From Gemmatales bacterium (GTDB lineage Bacteria > Planctomycetota > Planctomycetia > Gemmatales > HRBIN36), in assembly GCA_041640595.1 (NCBI GenBank), contig JBEPZY010000001.1:1120001-1184000 (forward strand): a DNA stretch of 64,000 nucleotides, written 5' to 3'. This document shows positions 9,865 to 20,434 of this stretch, piece after piece. A program made the position numbers and the translations under genes. Numbering within the stretch: position 1 is the stretch's first letter; each line of letters opens with the position of its first letter. The notes under the pieces are model-generated. The model saw nothing but the letters and a program-made list of their open reading frames with translations. It searched no databases and had not been told where the DNA came from.

Positions 9865-12800
9865 ATGCGACGATTCTGGGCAGGAATGGCAATTGTCTCG
9901 GTGACGCTGCTGACATGGTGGATGGGCATGATTCCAGGTCAGCTCACCCAGCCCAAGCCCGGTCGTTCGCACTGGTTCAGCGATGCCGCTATTCGTTCCC
10001 TCTGGTTTGTGGACGACCAGGAAGGTTGGGCCGTAGGCGATGATGGACTCATCCTGCACACGATAGACGGCGGGCAAACCTGGGAACGACAGATGAGCGG
10101 CACTCAGGCGAACTTACGGCAGGTGCAGTTCGTCTCACCGTTTGTCGGCTTCGCGGTAGGCGAAGAGGCATGGCCGGAACTTCCGCTCAGTGTCGGTGTG
10201 GTTCTGGGAACACGCGATGGTGGAGCCAACTGGCGGATTCTCAGCGAACGCACCATGCCCGGGCTGTACCAGGTGCACTTTTTCGATGAGCGACGCGGCG
10301 TCGTTGCGGGGGATACCTGCGACGCTTTTCCAGCGGGCGTATGGGAGACCGAAGATGGGGGACAGAGCTGGCGAGCAGTTGCCGGGACACGCCAACCAGG
10401 CTGGTATGCGACGGCGTGGCTGCGACCGGATTTTGGTATCCTGGCCGGTCGTCAGGGGAAGCTGGCTTTACTGAGCCGGCCGCGGTCTGGGTCTGCTTTA
10501 GCGCAATGGCAACCGATTTTCTACCAGGCTCGCAGCGACAACTTGCCGGGCAGCAGTTTCTCGAGCGGCAGTTGTGCCATACGCAGCGTTTGCTGGACAG
10601 GGCGTACTGGTTGGGCTTGCGGCGATCGTGGCCTGCTGCTCGTCTGCCGCGATCCCCATGGTCGGGACTGGCAACCGTTGACACTGCCGATTGAGGAACC
10701 CTTGCGCGAGATGTGGGATTTCCACGCGATACATTTCGTCGGCGATTTTGGCTGGGTTGCCGGTCGCCCTGGTTCAGTTATTCTGCACACCTGGGACGGT
10801 GGCAAGACCTGGCAGGTGCAGCGCACACCGCAATCCCTGCCGATATACGCACTGCATTTCGTCAACGAAAATTGCGGCTGGGCAGCTGGCGCTGGCGGAA
10901 CCATTCTGCACACCCGCGACGGAGGCAAAACCTGGCAGGTGCAACGCCGGGGCGTTCAGCGTGCCGCAGCTTTGATCGTTACCGCTCGCGCTGAGTTTTT
11001 GCCCTGTGAATTGCTCACCAGCCTGGCTGCAGACGCCGGTTATCATACCGTGGCCCTGCGCGTGTTGAGCGAGGATAGTTCCTCGCCCGACCATACGGCT
11101 CACGCTTCCGAACGATTCCACACCGTCGTGCGAAGGCTCGGCGGAATCTGCGGGGAAACGTTGACCGGCTGGCAGGTGCCTGAGGTGATAGAAACGGCAT
11201 CGGCGGAAAAACTGGCGGAAATCCTCGGTAATGGCAACAGTGCTCGCACGCTGGAACGTTTACAGCAGCAACTGGTACTGACCTTGCGCATCTGGCGGCC
11301 GGACGTTGTGATCACCGATCATCCCGATGTACAAGGCCCGGGTGGAGTGGAAGGAGCGCTGGTAGCGCTGGCCGTCAGCAAAGCCTTTCGACTTGCCGAG
11401 AATGCCGATGTCTGCCGCGAACAAATTACCCGCTGGCTGCTTCAGCCGTGGTCGGTCGGCAAACTCTACAGCTCCTGGGACGGTTCAGAGGGAGCTACCG
11501 TGAGTGCGGATTGGAATGCGCTCCGTCCAGCTTTAGGCCGAACCGTTTGGGAAGCGGCTCTGGTAGGTCGACATTTGCTGGCTCCACTGGCCACGGTTCG
11601 CTTTTCAAACAGTGCGGTCTCCTCCGCGCAACGGTTTGCTTATTTCCGTTTGCTGGACAGTCGCCTGGAAAATGCTCAGCAGCATCGTGAGCTGATGGAG
11701 GGTATCCACGCACCCCCGGGAGGACCGAATCGGCGCGAGCCAGCGCAAACGGTTTGGGATGAGTCTCAGACTAACCTCGCCCAGCGCCGGGCACGGAAAA
11801 TGGAAGAAGTTCTCGGTCTGGCTGACCGACTCCTGGCTTCGCCACACTCCGGAGAACGCTGGCTTGCCGCTTTACCTGAAGAACTGGCCTCACTCGACGA
11901 AACCCAATCCGCCGAAATGCTCTGGCAACTGGCCTTGCAGTGTATCGCCCGCGGACAGTGGGGTTTCGCCAAGGAGGTTTTCGTCTCGCTACTGGAAAGA
12001 CACCCCGACAGTCCCCTGGCACCAGCAGCAGCCAGCTGGTTGGTGGCATTTCTCTCCAGCAGTGAGGCCCGCCGACGTGCGGAATTACGCCACTTTCTCT
12101 GCGACTTACCCCCGCACCAGGAAAAATCGCCCAGTAACTCCGCTGCTTCTCCGACTGCACAACAACCATCGCCAGCAGGATCGCGGTCGGCACAATTGGC
12201 GGGCAAGCCCCAGCCTGCTTCGACCGAACTGAATACCATCCTGCAACGTCGCAGGGAGGATTGGCGGTTCTGGGAACGGGGAGCACTGCTGGCTGGCGAT
12301 GTGTTGACCGCTTACGGCCCGCTTTTCTGGCTGGAACCCCGCGTACAGTTTTGTCTGCTTGCAGTACAACGCCGACGAGCTAATCCGGCAGAAGTTCTGG
12401 CCGGCTATACGCGCTTCCGGTTGCACCTGTCAGGCGGCCCGTGGTACGAAGCTGCCGCTTCGGAAATCGCTTTCCTGCGACCTGGTGTGCCGGCGAACCC
12501 GTCCAAAACAGACCCGGCGGAACCGAACAGCCTGGCTCGTAAACGGGCTTATTTGTGTAGCTGGACAAACCAGCCCCCCTACCTGGACGGCGAGCTAGAC
12601 GATGAGGTCTGGCGCAGCATTCCCCCGATACTATTCCGGAATGTCCTGGGCCAGACCAGCGACACGTACCCATCCGAAGCCTATCTGGCCTACGATGCCC
12701 GGTTTTTGTACCTCGCTTTGCGCTGTAAACATCCGCTGGGTTGCCGGCAGGAACCAGTCCGTCCTCGCAGTCGTGATGCCGACCTTCGCGGCTACGATCG

Positions 12801-13134
12801 CGTTTACCTGCTGCTCGATCTCGACCGCGATTACGTTACCTGCTATCGCCTGGAAGTTGACCAGCGCGGCTGCGTGTTCGAAGAATGTTGGGGCGACCGA
12901 ACCTGGAACCCGAAATGGTTCGTTGCCAGCAAAAGCGGCGATACGGTCTGGCAAGCGGAACTGGCGATCCCCTGGACAGAGTTAGTTCGGGAAGCACCAA
13001 ACCATCGCCAAACCTGGGCGTTTAACCTGGTGCGCATCATCCCGCAAAAAGGTCTGCAAGCGGTTTCTGCTCCTGCAGGCGTCACAAACAGACCGGAAGG
13101 AATGGTCTTGCTCACCTTCTCGGAATCCCGCTAA
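9865..13134 (+). CDS. Secreted YCF48-like beta-propeller protein with LmbE-like middle region and C-terminal CBM9-like domain
   Basis: Signal peptide after an AGGAGG RBS; repeated GWAVG..G.ILHT.DGG.TW units; RIWRPDVVITDH; C-terminal PPYLDGELDD...AYDARFLYLA...WQAELAIPW. Confidence 0.8.
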   Translation: MRRFWAGMAIVSVTLLTWWMGMIPGQLTQPKPGRSHWFSDAAIRSLWFVDDQEGWAVGDDGLILHTIDGGQTWERQMSGTQANLRQVQFVSPFVGFAVGEEAWPELPLSVGVVLGTRDGGANWRILSERTMPGLYQVHFFDERRGVVAGDTCDAFPAGVWETEDGGQSWRAVAGTRQPGWYATAWLRPDFGILAGRQGKLALLSRPRSGSALAQWQPIFYQARSDNLPGSSFSSGSCAIRSVCWTGRTGWACGDRGLLLVCRDPHGRDWQPLTLPIEEPLREMWDFHAIHFVGDFGWVAGRPGSVILHTWDGGKTWQVQRTPQSLPIYALHFVNENCGWAAGAGGTILHTRDGGKTWQVQRRGVQRAAALIVTARAEFLPCELLTSLAADAGYHTVALRVLSEDSSSPDHTAHASERFHTVVRRLGGICGETLTGWQVPEVIETASAEKLAEILGNGNSARTLERLQQQLVLTLRIWRPDVVITDHPDVQGPGGVEGALVALAVSKAFRLAENADVCREQITRWLLQPWSVGKLYSSWDGSEGATVSADWNALRPALGRTVWEAALVGRHLLAPLATVRFSNSAVSSAQRFAYFRLLDSRLENAQQHRELMEGIHAPPGGPNRREPAQTVWDESQTNLAQRRARKMEEVLGLADRLLASPHSGERWLAALPEELASLDETQSAEMLWQLALQCIARGQWGFAKEVFVSLLERHPDSPLAPAAASWLVAFLSSSEARRRAELRHFLCDLPPHQEKSPSNSAASPTAQQPSPAGSRSAQLAGKPQPASTELNTILQRRREDWRFWERGALLAGDVLTAYGPLFWLEPRVQFCLLAVQRRRANPAEVLAGYTRFRLHLSGGPWYEAAASEIAFLRPGVPANPSKTDPAEPNSLARKRAYLCSWTNQPPYLDGELDDEVWRSIPPILFRNVLGQTSDTYPSEAYLAYDARFLYLALRCKHPLGCRQEPVRPRSRDADLRGYDRVYLLLDLDRDYVTCYRLEVDQRGCVFEECWGDRTWNPKWFVASKSGDTVWQAELAIPWTELVREAPNHRQTWAFNLVRIIPQKGLQAVSAPAGVTNRPEGMVLLTFSESR

Positions 13135-13157
13135 CGTTCCAGGCTCGGCTGGTTTCG

Positions 13158-13163
13158 TATAAT
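13158..13163 (+). promoter_or_regulatory. Possible sigma70 -10 box upstream of tRNA-Ser
   Basis: Perfect TATAAT about 60 nt upstream of the tRNA; no clear -35 element. Confidence 0.3.
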
Positions 13164-13222
13164 CTAGAGAGCAGCGCCAAGCCAAATGGTCGCTACTCGG
13201 GCCCTGGGAATGGCCAGTATCA

Positions 13223-13309
13223 GGAGGGGTGGCAGAGCGGCCGATTGCGCCGGTCTCGAAAACCGGTAGGCGGGCAACCGCCTCGTGGGTTCGAATCCCA
13301 CCCCCTCCG
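13223..13309 (+). tRNA. tRNA-Ser(CGA)
   Basis: Acceptor stem GGAGGGG/CCCCTCC; anticodon arm CCGGT-CTCGAAA-ACCGG; long variable arm GGCGGGCAACCGCC; T-arm GTGGG-TTCGAAT-CCCAC; G discriminator; CCA not encoded. Confidence 0.97.
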
Positions 13310-13463
13310 CTACCAACCCGAACAGTTCCTTTGAGGTGGCTTGCGTTGTCCCTGATCCGTGTCCGACCATGCGCTGCTGTCTCGCTATCGTTATCCGCGA
13401 TACTGGGACGCTTATAATAAGCACAAGCAAGCCGATACAACTTCTGCAAGTGAAGGGTCAATT

Positions 13464-14915
13464 ATGAGCGACGCTGGGCAGGAACCGGTTGCGGGAGACG
13501 GTCAGGGCTCGGAAAATTCCCTGCCGCAACCGCAGGAGCCTTCTCTTCCGCCAGTCGAGCCACCGAGTGCCAGGTTGATCGCTCAACTCTTTTTGATACC
13601 CGGCCTGGTAGTTGCAGTGCTGGTCGGAGTGGTGTGGTTGTTTTTCGGCTGGCTGGCACCGGGGAGTTATGAGCCGCAGGACTTCCTGAAAGGACTGCGT
13701 TCCCAGCACGATCCTGTGCGCTGGCGCACCGCTCAGGACCTGGCTCAAATCCTGCCGCGAAAACAGGAATTACGGTTGAACGTGGACTTCGCCCTGCAGC
13801 TCACGGCTTTACTGGAAGAGGAGCTGGAACGAGAACGTTCCAGTGCGGCGAGGGCATCGGAAAACGATGATAAAAGTGCAGCATCTGCACCGCATCTGGC
13901 GGAATTCCTACCGGCTGCGGTAGGACATTTCCACGTGCCGGTCGCTGCGCCGGTCCTGTGCCGAATCGTTCGCGATCATGTACGCGGAATTGAATACTTG
14001 CCGGGAAGTGGCGATGCTTCGTCCGGTCGCGTGGTGAATGTTTCCGGTTTGCGGGTGCGAAATAGTCTGGTTGCTCTGGCGACGCTCGGTAGTCGCCTGG
14101 AGGAACTGGAGCAGTTGTCTGGCGAAGTGCAGGAAGACGTCCTGGCCACTTTGCAAAAATTTGCGGAGCGTGGCGATCCTCAAGGTCGCTATGCTCGTCT
14201 GGCCTGGGAGTACCTGAAGCGCCGCCTGCACGGGGATACATCCCGCGGCTCGGACGTGATCAACGAATTGCGGGAAACTTTGTCGCTGGTGGTGAGTTGC
14301 GAAGATGAAATGAGCCGGAAATACGCCTGCTTAGCGCTGGCAAACTGGCCTGAACCGGAGCTGGAACCGTTACTGCTTGATTTGCTGCGTGGCGACCCGG
14401 CTCCCACTTTGCTGGAAAGTGTTAGTCCTGCTCGCGCTATCCTGGAAATCCAGTACAATGCGGCTCTGGCTCTGCTTCGCCGGCGCAGCGCCCGTATTCC
14501 CTGGCGTTTGATCGAGGAATTGCTCGATGAAAACGCACTCAAGAAAAGTTACTACGAAGATTCACCGCAGGGTTACAACGCTGCTGCGGTGAGCATGGCG
14601 CAGCTGGCAGCGCTTCGCACACTCTATGACGTCGAGCGAAAGAACCCCGGTTTTATTCTTCAGCATCCGACAATCAAGCCGCTGCTGGAGCAGTTGCAAT
14701 ACAGTGGCAATCCCGCGGTGCAGGTCGAAGCCAGGCGAATTCTGGGAACGGAGTCGGTTTCCGGAAAATCGCCGCGACGAATCAGCCGCGAGGTGTTGCT
14801 TTTGGTCGGAGTCGGTTTAGGGGTGGTGATTTTGCTCACCGTCGCAGTGCTGGCTCGCTGGAAACGTCATAGTTCGCCCGGTGTCTCTCCAGCCGATTTG
14901 CCGAACTCTCGATAA
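13464..14915 (+). CDS. Membrane-anchored HEAT-repeat-like hypothetical protein
   Basis: LPPVEPPSARLIAQLFLIPG followed by a TM helix, helical repeats (RWRTAQDLA, IQYNAALAL) and a C-terminal TM helix. Confidence 0.7.
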   Translation: MSDAGQEPVAGDGQGSENSLPQPQEPSLPPVEPPSARLIAQLFLIPGLVVAVLVGVVWLFFGWLAPGSYEPQDFLKGLRSQHDPVRWRTAQDLAQILPRKQELRLNVDFALQLTALLEEELERERSSAARASENDDKSAASAPHLAEFLPAAVGHFHVPVAAPVLCRIVRDHVRGIEYLPGSGDASSGRVVNVSGLRVRNSLVALATLGSRLEELEQLSGEVQEDVLATLQKFAERGDPQGRYARLAWEYLKRRLHGDTSRGSDVINELRETLSLVVSCEDEMSRKYACLALANWPEPELEPLLLDLLRGDPAPTLLESVSPARAILEIQYNAALALLRRRSARIPWRLIEELLDENALKKSYYEDSPQGYNAAAVSMAQLAALRTLYDVERKNPGFILQHPTIKPLLEQLQYSGNPAVQVEARRILGTESVSGKSPRRISREVLLLVGVGLGVVILLTVAVLARWKRHSSPGVSPADLPNSR

Positions 14916-14971
14916 CATATCCCACGAGCTACGGACTTAAACCGACCACACACTCCAACAAGGAGAAACCC

Positions 14972-15430
14972 ATGAGCAAACCGAACAAGGAAATCCTCGA
15001 GGCCTTGCGTAAAGCCTATTGCATGGAGGTGGAGACGGTCATCAACTACCTGGCCAATGCCCTCGACCTGGAAGGTGTGCGTGCCGACCACATCAAGCAA
15101 TCGCTGCTTTCCGATATCCAGGGGGAGCTTGGGCACGCTCAGCAACTGGGCAACCGTATTAAACAACTCGGCGGTGCGATTCCCGGCAGCCTGGCCCTGC
15201 AATTCAGCCAGAAATCGTTACAGCCGCCGAGCGACCCGACCGATGTGGTTGCCGTGATTCGCGGCGTGATTGCTGCTGAAGAAGAAGCCATTGCCCATTA
15301 CGAGAAGACCATCGAACTGGCTCGCCAGCATAACGATTACGTCACCGAAAACCTCGCCATCGAACTGCTCAGCGATGAGGAGGCCCACCGTCAGCAATTC
15401 CTGGGCTATCTGAAGGAATACACGAAATAA
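14972..15430 (+). CDS. Ferritin-like (bacterioferritin/rubrerythrin-type) diiron protein
   Basis: Two ExxH motifs (ELGH, EEAH) in a four-helix pattern; AAGGAG RBS. Confidence 0.88.
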   Translation: MSKPNKEILEALRKAYCMEVETVINYLANALDLEGVRADHIKQSLLSDIQGELGHAQQLGNRIKQLGGAIPGSLALQFSQKSLQPPSDPTDVVAVIRGVIAAEEEAIAHYEKTIELARQHNDYVTENLAIELLSDEEAHRQQFLGYLKEYTK

Positions 15431-15635
15431 TTCGCCTGGTCGCTCAACGTCGAATTGTTCTGACCCATCAGCGAACCAACGACAGGCTTCTGGTCCGGCA
15501 AGCATATTGTCGAGCGTGGCAAAAGAGCCAGAATAGTGCACTGACATTGCGAACCGAGCTTGACGGTTATTGGGCCTTGCTCGGCTGAAAGGTCGCCGTC
15601 CTCGGCTTGCCCCGGCAAAATGCAGTAAGGTAACT

Positions 15636-16136
15636 ATGGCCGTTGTGATTCGCGCTTACCGTCCCGACGACAAAGCTGCCATTCTGCAATTGACCATCGA
15701 GGCGTTTGAGCCTGTTTCCATCGATTGCAATATCGAGAAACGGTTCGGACTGGTGGGTAAACATGACTGGCGCTGGCGGAAAAGCCGGCAGGTAAACCGG
15801 GAGCTTGAGGAGAATCCTCAGGGTTGTTTCGTCGCCGAAGATGACGGTCAAGTAGTTGGTTACATCACGACGCTCGCAGATATCGAAGCCGGCATGGGCT
15901 GGATTGCCAATCTCGCAGTCGCTCACGATCGCCGCGGCGCTGGCATCGGGCGTTCCCTGATCCTGCAGGCGCTACGCTATTTCAAACAGCTCGGCCTGAC
16001 GCACGCCCGCATCGAAACGCTCGAGCAAAATCCGATCGGCCAGCGTCTTTACCCGCAATGTGGTTTCGTAGAAGTAGCCCGGCAAATCCACTACTGCCGC
16101 TCTTTAGACGACATCCCGACCGAGGAAGCGGGCTGA
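15636..16136 (+). CDS. GNAT family N-acetyltransferase
   Basis: Acetyl-CoA motif NLAV.HDRRGAGIG and N..GQRLY...GF. Confidence 0.9.
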   Translation: MAVVIRAYRPDDKAAILQLTIEAFEPVSIDCNIEKRFGLVGKHDWRWRKSRQVNRELEENPQGCFVAEDDGQVVGYITTLADIEAGMGWIANLAVAHDRRGAGIGRSLILQALRYFKQLGLTHARIETLEQNPIGQRLYPQCGFVEVARQIHYCRSLDDIPTEEAG

Positions 16137-16267
16137 AGCTTACGGCTCCCGGCCGGCGAACGGCAAATTGTGAATCGCGGTTGCGCACAGGAAAGCTAAG
16201 CTGCATCGCCCGGGTCAGAATGTTCACCACTACCCGGCCTGCTGACGGCATCGGAGAGGGAACCGGA

Positions 16268-19200
16268 TTACTTGGGCGACAAGGCGCTCTCCCCGCGCAG
16301 CGAGAGTAAGTAAGCCAGTAAATCGGAGAAGTCTGCGACCGGTATAGTTTCGCCGAAGTTGCCGGGCATCAACGAGAGCGGGCTGGTCTGCATTTTTTCG
16401 ATATCGGCCTGAGCGACGGCGAATTCCTTGCCCTGCTGGTCAGCGAAAATCAGTTGCTGGCCTTCCTGCCGCAATTTCAAACCGGACAAACTGCGACCAT
16501 CGCGCGTCAGAAGCAGAGTCAAACGATAGGCTTCGTCCACGTTGCGGTTGGGGTCGAGGATATCCTCGGCCAGTCGTTCCAGGCCCCGGCTGCCGATGCC
16601 GTCGAGTTTCGGGCCGATGTTGGTTCCCTCGTTGCCGATGCGGTGGCAGTTGGCACAATGTTTTTGGAAAACAATGCGGCCACGGTTGGGGTCGGCCCGG
16701 TTGGGATCGAAACTTTTCAATCGTTGCCGGATCAGGGCCGCCACCGCGTCGCTGGCTGGTGGCAGTTGTCGGGCCAGTTGCTCGATACGCTGTCGCCATT
16801 GCGGTTTGTCGAATGCTTCCAGGCGCTGGCGAATGACCAGATTCTGCAACAGCCGCGGTGAGGCCTTGCCGCTTTCCATCGCCTGCACCAGGACCTCGGC
16901 ACCACGCGGATGCCCGGAAAGCAAGTCCGCCAATCGCGTTTGCAAATCAGCGGGTGCGTTTTGCAGTGACGCTACGAAAGCCGCCACATCTTCGTCGCGC
17001 CAGTTCCGCAGCAGGTATTCGCCTGCCAAACGCCGCAGGCTGGTCGGTTCGTCGCCGCTGACGATTATGGCCAGGCTGGCTTTGCGTGCAGCCGAGGCAT
17101 CGGTCCGCCACAGCGCCCGCAAGGCCCATTCACGAATGCTCAGGTCTTGCTGGCTGTCGTTCAGCCAGCTGGCGATGCCCCCAGACGTATCGGCCAGCGC
17201 GAGCAATTCTGCCCATTGCAAGGCCAGGATTCGCTCCTGCGTGTTGGCGGATGATCGCGGCACGAGAATTGACCGAGCGAAATTCGCGGGCCAACCAGTC
17301 CAGGCGGCCTTCATGCTGGGATAAGCCCGACGCAAACGCTGACCTTCCGCAAGTGCAGCGAGGGCAGCCTGCTCAAGTGGGGGCTGCTTTGCCACACGGG
17401 GACGCGCTGCCGTTACTGCACGCAGCAGTTCTTCATCGTTGCCGAACTGCGAAACCTGACGCAGTAGAGCCGGGATTTGCCCATCAGCCAGTTGCGGTTG
17501 TTCCAGCAAGAATAAGGCCCAGGCAATCAAACCGGGCGGCTTGAGACCGGCAGTGACATCGGCCAGCCAGCGTAACTCCGAGGCCCGGAAATTGGTCCCC
17601 TGCACGATGCGCAGCGAGTCCGGTAGCTGCAGATGATTGCGCAATGCGATGCGGAGCATGTGCACCAGCTGGACATCGTCGAGCGGCGCCTGCTCCAATG
17701 CGGCCAGAAGAGAGCTGAGCAGCGACAGGTTTGGGTGGAGGCTAGCGGTTTCGGCTGCCGCTCGACGCACCATTGGGTCGGGGCTGATCAGACTGCGTAC
17801 CAGAAAGGCTTGCTGCTCGGCGGTCCATTGCTGGTGTCGTGCCAGTGCTCGCAGGTAATGCACCTGCACCAGCGGATCGGCGGTGGCGATCTGGTCCACA
17901 GCGAGTTCGTTCAGGCTACCGCAGCGGAGATAGACCCAGACGGCATGGGCTTGCTGCAAAGGCGTCTTCGCTCGCTGTTGCAGAACGGACAGGGCTTTCT
18001 TCCCGAAACGTTCCACCAGCTGATGCGTTGCCAGTGTGCGCACCGTTTGATTGCTGTCCTTCAGTAAGTCCACCAGTTCCTCGCAAGTTAAGCGGGTCAG
18101 ATCGCGGATCGGCGACAGCTGTGGCCGATTTTCCTGGCCCACGTAAACGACGCGCCAGATGCGGCCTCGAAACCGGTCGCGGCGCGGATGTCGCAAATCC
18201 ACCTCGTAATGGCCGATGATGCAGTTGTAAAAATCGGCGATGTACAGCGCCCCATCGGGGCCAAGTTGAATATCCACCGGACGAAACCACAGATCGTCGC
18301 AGCGAACGAAATCCTCCGGCCGTTCGACCCACGGCGAAGAACCGCGCCAGACCGGCGTATCACGATGCACCACACCCGTCACCGGATTGCCGACGTAAAA
18401 GCAGTCGCGGTACGGCGGCGGGAATTGCTCGGCGTCGTAATAAGCGATGCCCGCAATGCCGGTCGAACCGTGGCTGTGTCGCGTCATTTCCGGCCCGAAA
18501 CCGAGACCGTCATGCGGTTTGCCGAAACTTTCGTAATACGCTCCTGGCAGCAGCATCATAATCGGTCGGGAATGGCAGTCAGCTGTGTACTGGTTGAGCC
18601 AGCGATCGAAGCACATGCCAAACGGATTCACCTGGCCATAGGTCCAAACCTGAATCGCCGAGCCGTCCTGTCGGAATCGGTAAGTGTGGCCGGACTGCAT
18701 TTCCACGACGACCGGCCCCTGGCCACGCAAACGCACCCGGGAATGGTTGCGGAAACCGTGGCAAGCATAGACCCAGCCATCCAGACCAAGTCGGAAAGCG
18801 TTCTGATTGCCGTGCGTGTCCACGTACTCAAACGGGCCGTAAAGTACCTCACGCTGGTCGGCGCGACCGTCCCCATCAGTGTCGCGGAGTTTCCAGATGT
18901 GCGGGATTGACCAGACGATCGCCTCATGCCCATCGCCAAGCGGCAGCACACCAATCGGAATGTTCAAGCCCTCGGCGAAGCGCGTGACCTTGCGAGCACG
19001 ACCGTCCGGGCCGAAATCTTCCAGGACACTGATGCCGTCGCGTGCCGGGCGATCGCCGCTGGCAGGAAACGGATATTCCACACTGTGCGTTACCCACAGC
19101 CGTCCACGGGCGTCGAAAGCGAGATTGATCGGCTTTTGAATCTGCGGTTCGCTCGCCACCAGCTGGATGACGAAGCCCGGTGGCAGACGGAACCGCTGCT

Positions 19201-19330
19201 GCTCTTGTTCCGGCGTCAACGCTTCCGTCGGTGCGATCAGAGGCTGCGCTGGCGAACGAAAGTCCAGGCACAACCCGATTATGCCGGCAACCAGCATCCC
19301 GATGCAGATAGCAATATGCTCATGGCGCAT
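16268..19330 (-). CDS. PVC-type heme-binding CxxCH protein (beta-propeller dehydrogenase-like + HEAT + cytochrome c)
   Basis: Signal peptide; F.LPPGF.IQLVASEP, FRPVDIQLGPDGALYIADFY, CANCH, IGPKL and SLMP motifs. Confidence 0.9.
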   Translation of the reverse strand: MRHEHIAICIGMLVAGIIGLCLDFRSPAQPLIAPTEALTPEQEQQRFRLPPGFVIQLVASEPQIQKPINLAFDARGRLWVTHSVEYPFPASGDRPARDGISVLEDFGPDGRARKVTRFAEGLNIPIGVLPLGDGHEAIVWSIPHIWKLRDTDGDGRADQREVLYGPFEYVDTHGNQNAFRLGLDGWVYACHGFRNHSRVRLRGQGPVVVEMQSGHTYRFRQDGSAIQVWTYGQVNPFGMCFDRWLNQYTADCHSRPIMMLLPGAYYESFGKPHDGLGFGPEMTRHSHGSTGIAGIAYYDAEQFPPPYRDCFYVGNPVTGVVHRDTPVWRGSSPWVERPEDFVRCDDLWFRPVDIQLGPDGALYIADFYNCIIGHYEVDLRHPRRDRFRGRIWRVVYVGQENRPQLSPIRDLTRLTCEELVDLLKDSNQTVRTLATHQLVERFGKKALSVLQQRAKTPLQQAHAVWVYLRCGSLNELAVDQIATADPLVQVHYLRALARHQQWTAEQQAFLVRSLISPDPMVRRAAAETASLHPNLSLLSSLLAALEQAPLDDVQLVHMLRIALRNHLQLPDSLRIVQGTNFRASELRWLADVTAGLKPPGLIAWALFLLEQPQLADGQIPALLRQVSQFGNDEELLRAVTAARPRVAKQPPLEQAALAALAEGQRLRRAYPSMKAAWTGWPANFARSILVPRSSANTQERILALQWAELLALADTSGGIASWLNDSQQDLSIREWALRALWRTDASAARKASLAIIVSGDEPTSLRRLAGEYLLRNWRDEDVAAFVASLQNAPADLQTRLADLLSGHPRGAEVLVQAMESGKASPRLLQNLVIRQRLEAFDKPQWRQRIEQLARQLPPASDAVAALIRQRLKSFDPNRADPNRGRIVFQKHCANCHRIGNEGTNIGPKLDGIGSRGLERLAEDILDPNRNVDEAYRLTLLLTRDGRSLSGLKLRQEGQQLIFADQQGKEFAVAQADIEKMQTSPLSLMPGNFGETIPVADFSDLLAYLLSLRGESALSPK

Positions 19331-19379
19331 CGTGTGGGCTCCCGTTATCCTTTGCCTAGCCCTGCAATCGTCTCCCTGG

Positions 19380-20297
19380 TCAGGGAGCTAAGGCGGACGG
19401 AAAAAACGAGGTTTTCGAATGCGGCTGTGAGAAGCGGTCGGACCAGCGGAAGGTGGGTGCAAGACCGCGATCGAAGCCCCGGAGATGTTCCGGCGAAGTC
19501 CGTTGACTCGGTGGCGTGTAAACCCAGGTGTTGTTGCGAAATACCTCTTCCAGCAGCCGGGCCAGTGGCGGATCATATTGCCGGAGCACCTCGCGGCTGT
19601 TGACAAGATTGTGCTGGCGGTCATTGGTGCGGTTACAATGAAACCAACTCTGCACGCCCTCGGCCCAGTATTCGCTGCGGTTAGTAGCAGCGTAGGTGTT
19701 CTGCCAGCGCTGAGCTTTCATGGCTTCCGAATACGCTTGCGCAAGCCGACCATCGAACGTCGCATCCACCTCGCGCAAAGCGATCTGGTGAATGGTGTGC
19801 GCAAATTCGTGAATCAGGATATTCTCACCGCGATAGGGGTCGCCGGGATATTCCAGCAGGTTTTCCTCACCGCAACTCACCGCCGGGCGAATTCGCGTCG
19901 CTCCCAGACCACGTGCACGACGATCCCAGTATTCAGGTGGCTTGAGGTCACTGTGTTCCGGAACATCGGTAGTTCGTTCATTGTAAGCCATGACTACGAC
20001 GCGAATGCGATGCTTGATGAGAGCCTGGCGCAAATCGTCGCGGCCTGCCAGCATCTTGTCCACCAGATAAGCCGCTTCCAGCAGAGCATAATCATTGACC
20101 CGCCGCGAAGCTAAGATCGGCAAGCCGCCGGTTACGACACTCTTTTCGTAAAAATCGCTCAACCGCCACTGCTGCTTCAAGACGGCAGGGACCTCGGCAA
20201 CCCGATAGGCAGCGGGCTTGGTGTTATCCGCGCATACCAAACCGGACATAAAACAGCCCATACTCAGACACAATCCCAGAGCCAGCCGGTAGGGCAT
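19380..20297 (-). CDS. Secreted zinc metallopeptidase-like protein (HExxH)
   Basis: Signal peptide; RARGLG, ENILIHEFAH and EYWAEGVQSWF motifs. Confidence 0.75.
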   Translation of the reverse strand: MPYRLALGLCLSMGCFMSGLVCADNTKPAAYRVAEVPAVLKQQWRLSDFYEKSVVTGGLPILASRRVNDYALLEAAYLVDKMLAGRDDLRQALIKHRIRVVVMAYNERTTDVPEHSDLKPPEYWDRRARGLGATRIRPAVSCGEENLLEYPGDPYRGENILIHEFAHTIHQIALREVDATFDGRLAQAYSEAMKAQRWQNTYAATNRSEYWAEGVQSWFHCNRTNDRQHNLVNSREVLRQYDPPLARLLEEVFRNNTWVYTPPSQRTSPEHLRGFDRGLAPTFRWSDRFSQPHSKTSFFPSALAP

Positions 20298-20434
20298 GGT
20301 GAAGCCTCCTGAGTGCCAATTGAGCCAGTTCGGACTTGCACTCCGTTGATCTCAGTCAGCCGATTGCGATTGTGGCTGTCGGCATCTGGTATGCCTCACT
20401 GCGGGTCAGCAGTTGCAACGATTGTTTCCCACTT

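Noticed and set aside
13223..13330. tRNA-Ser as an island integration site
   Set aside because: No integrase, no duplicated tRNA 3' end noticed, and no compositional break next to it.
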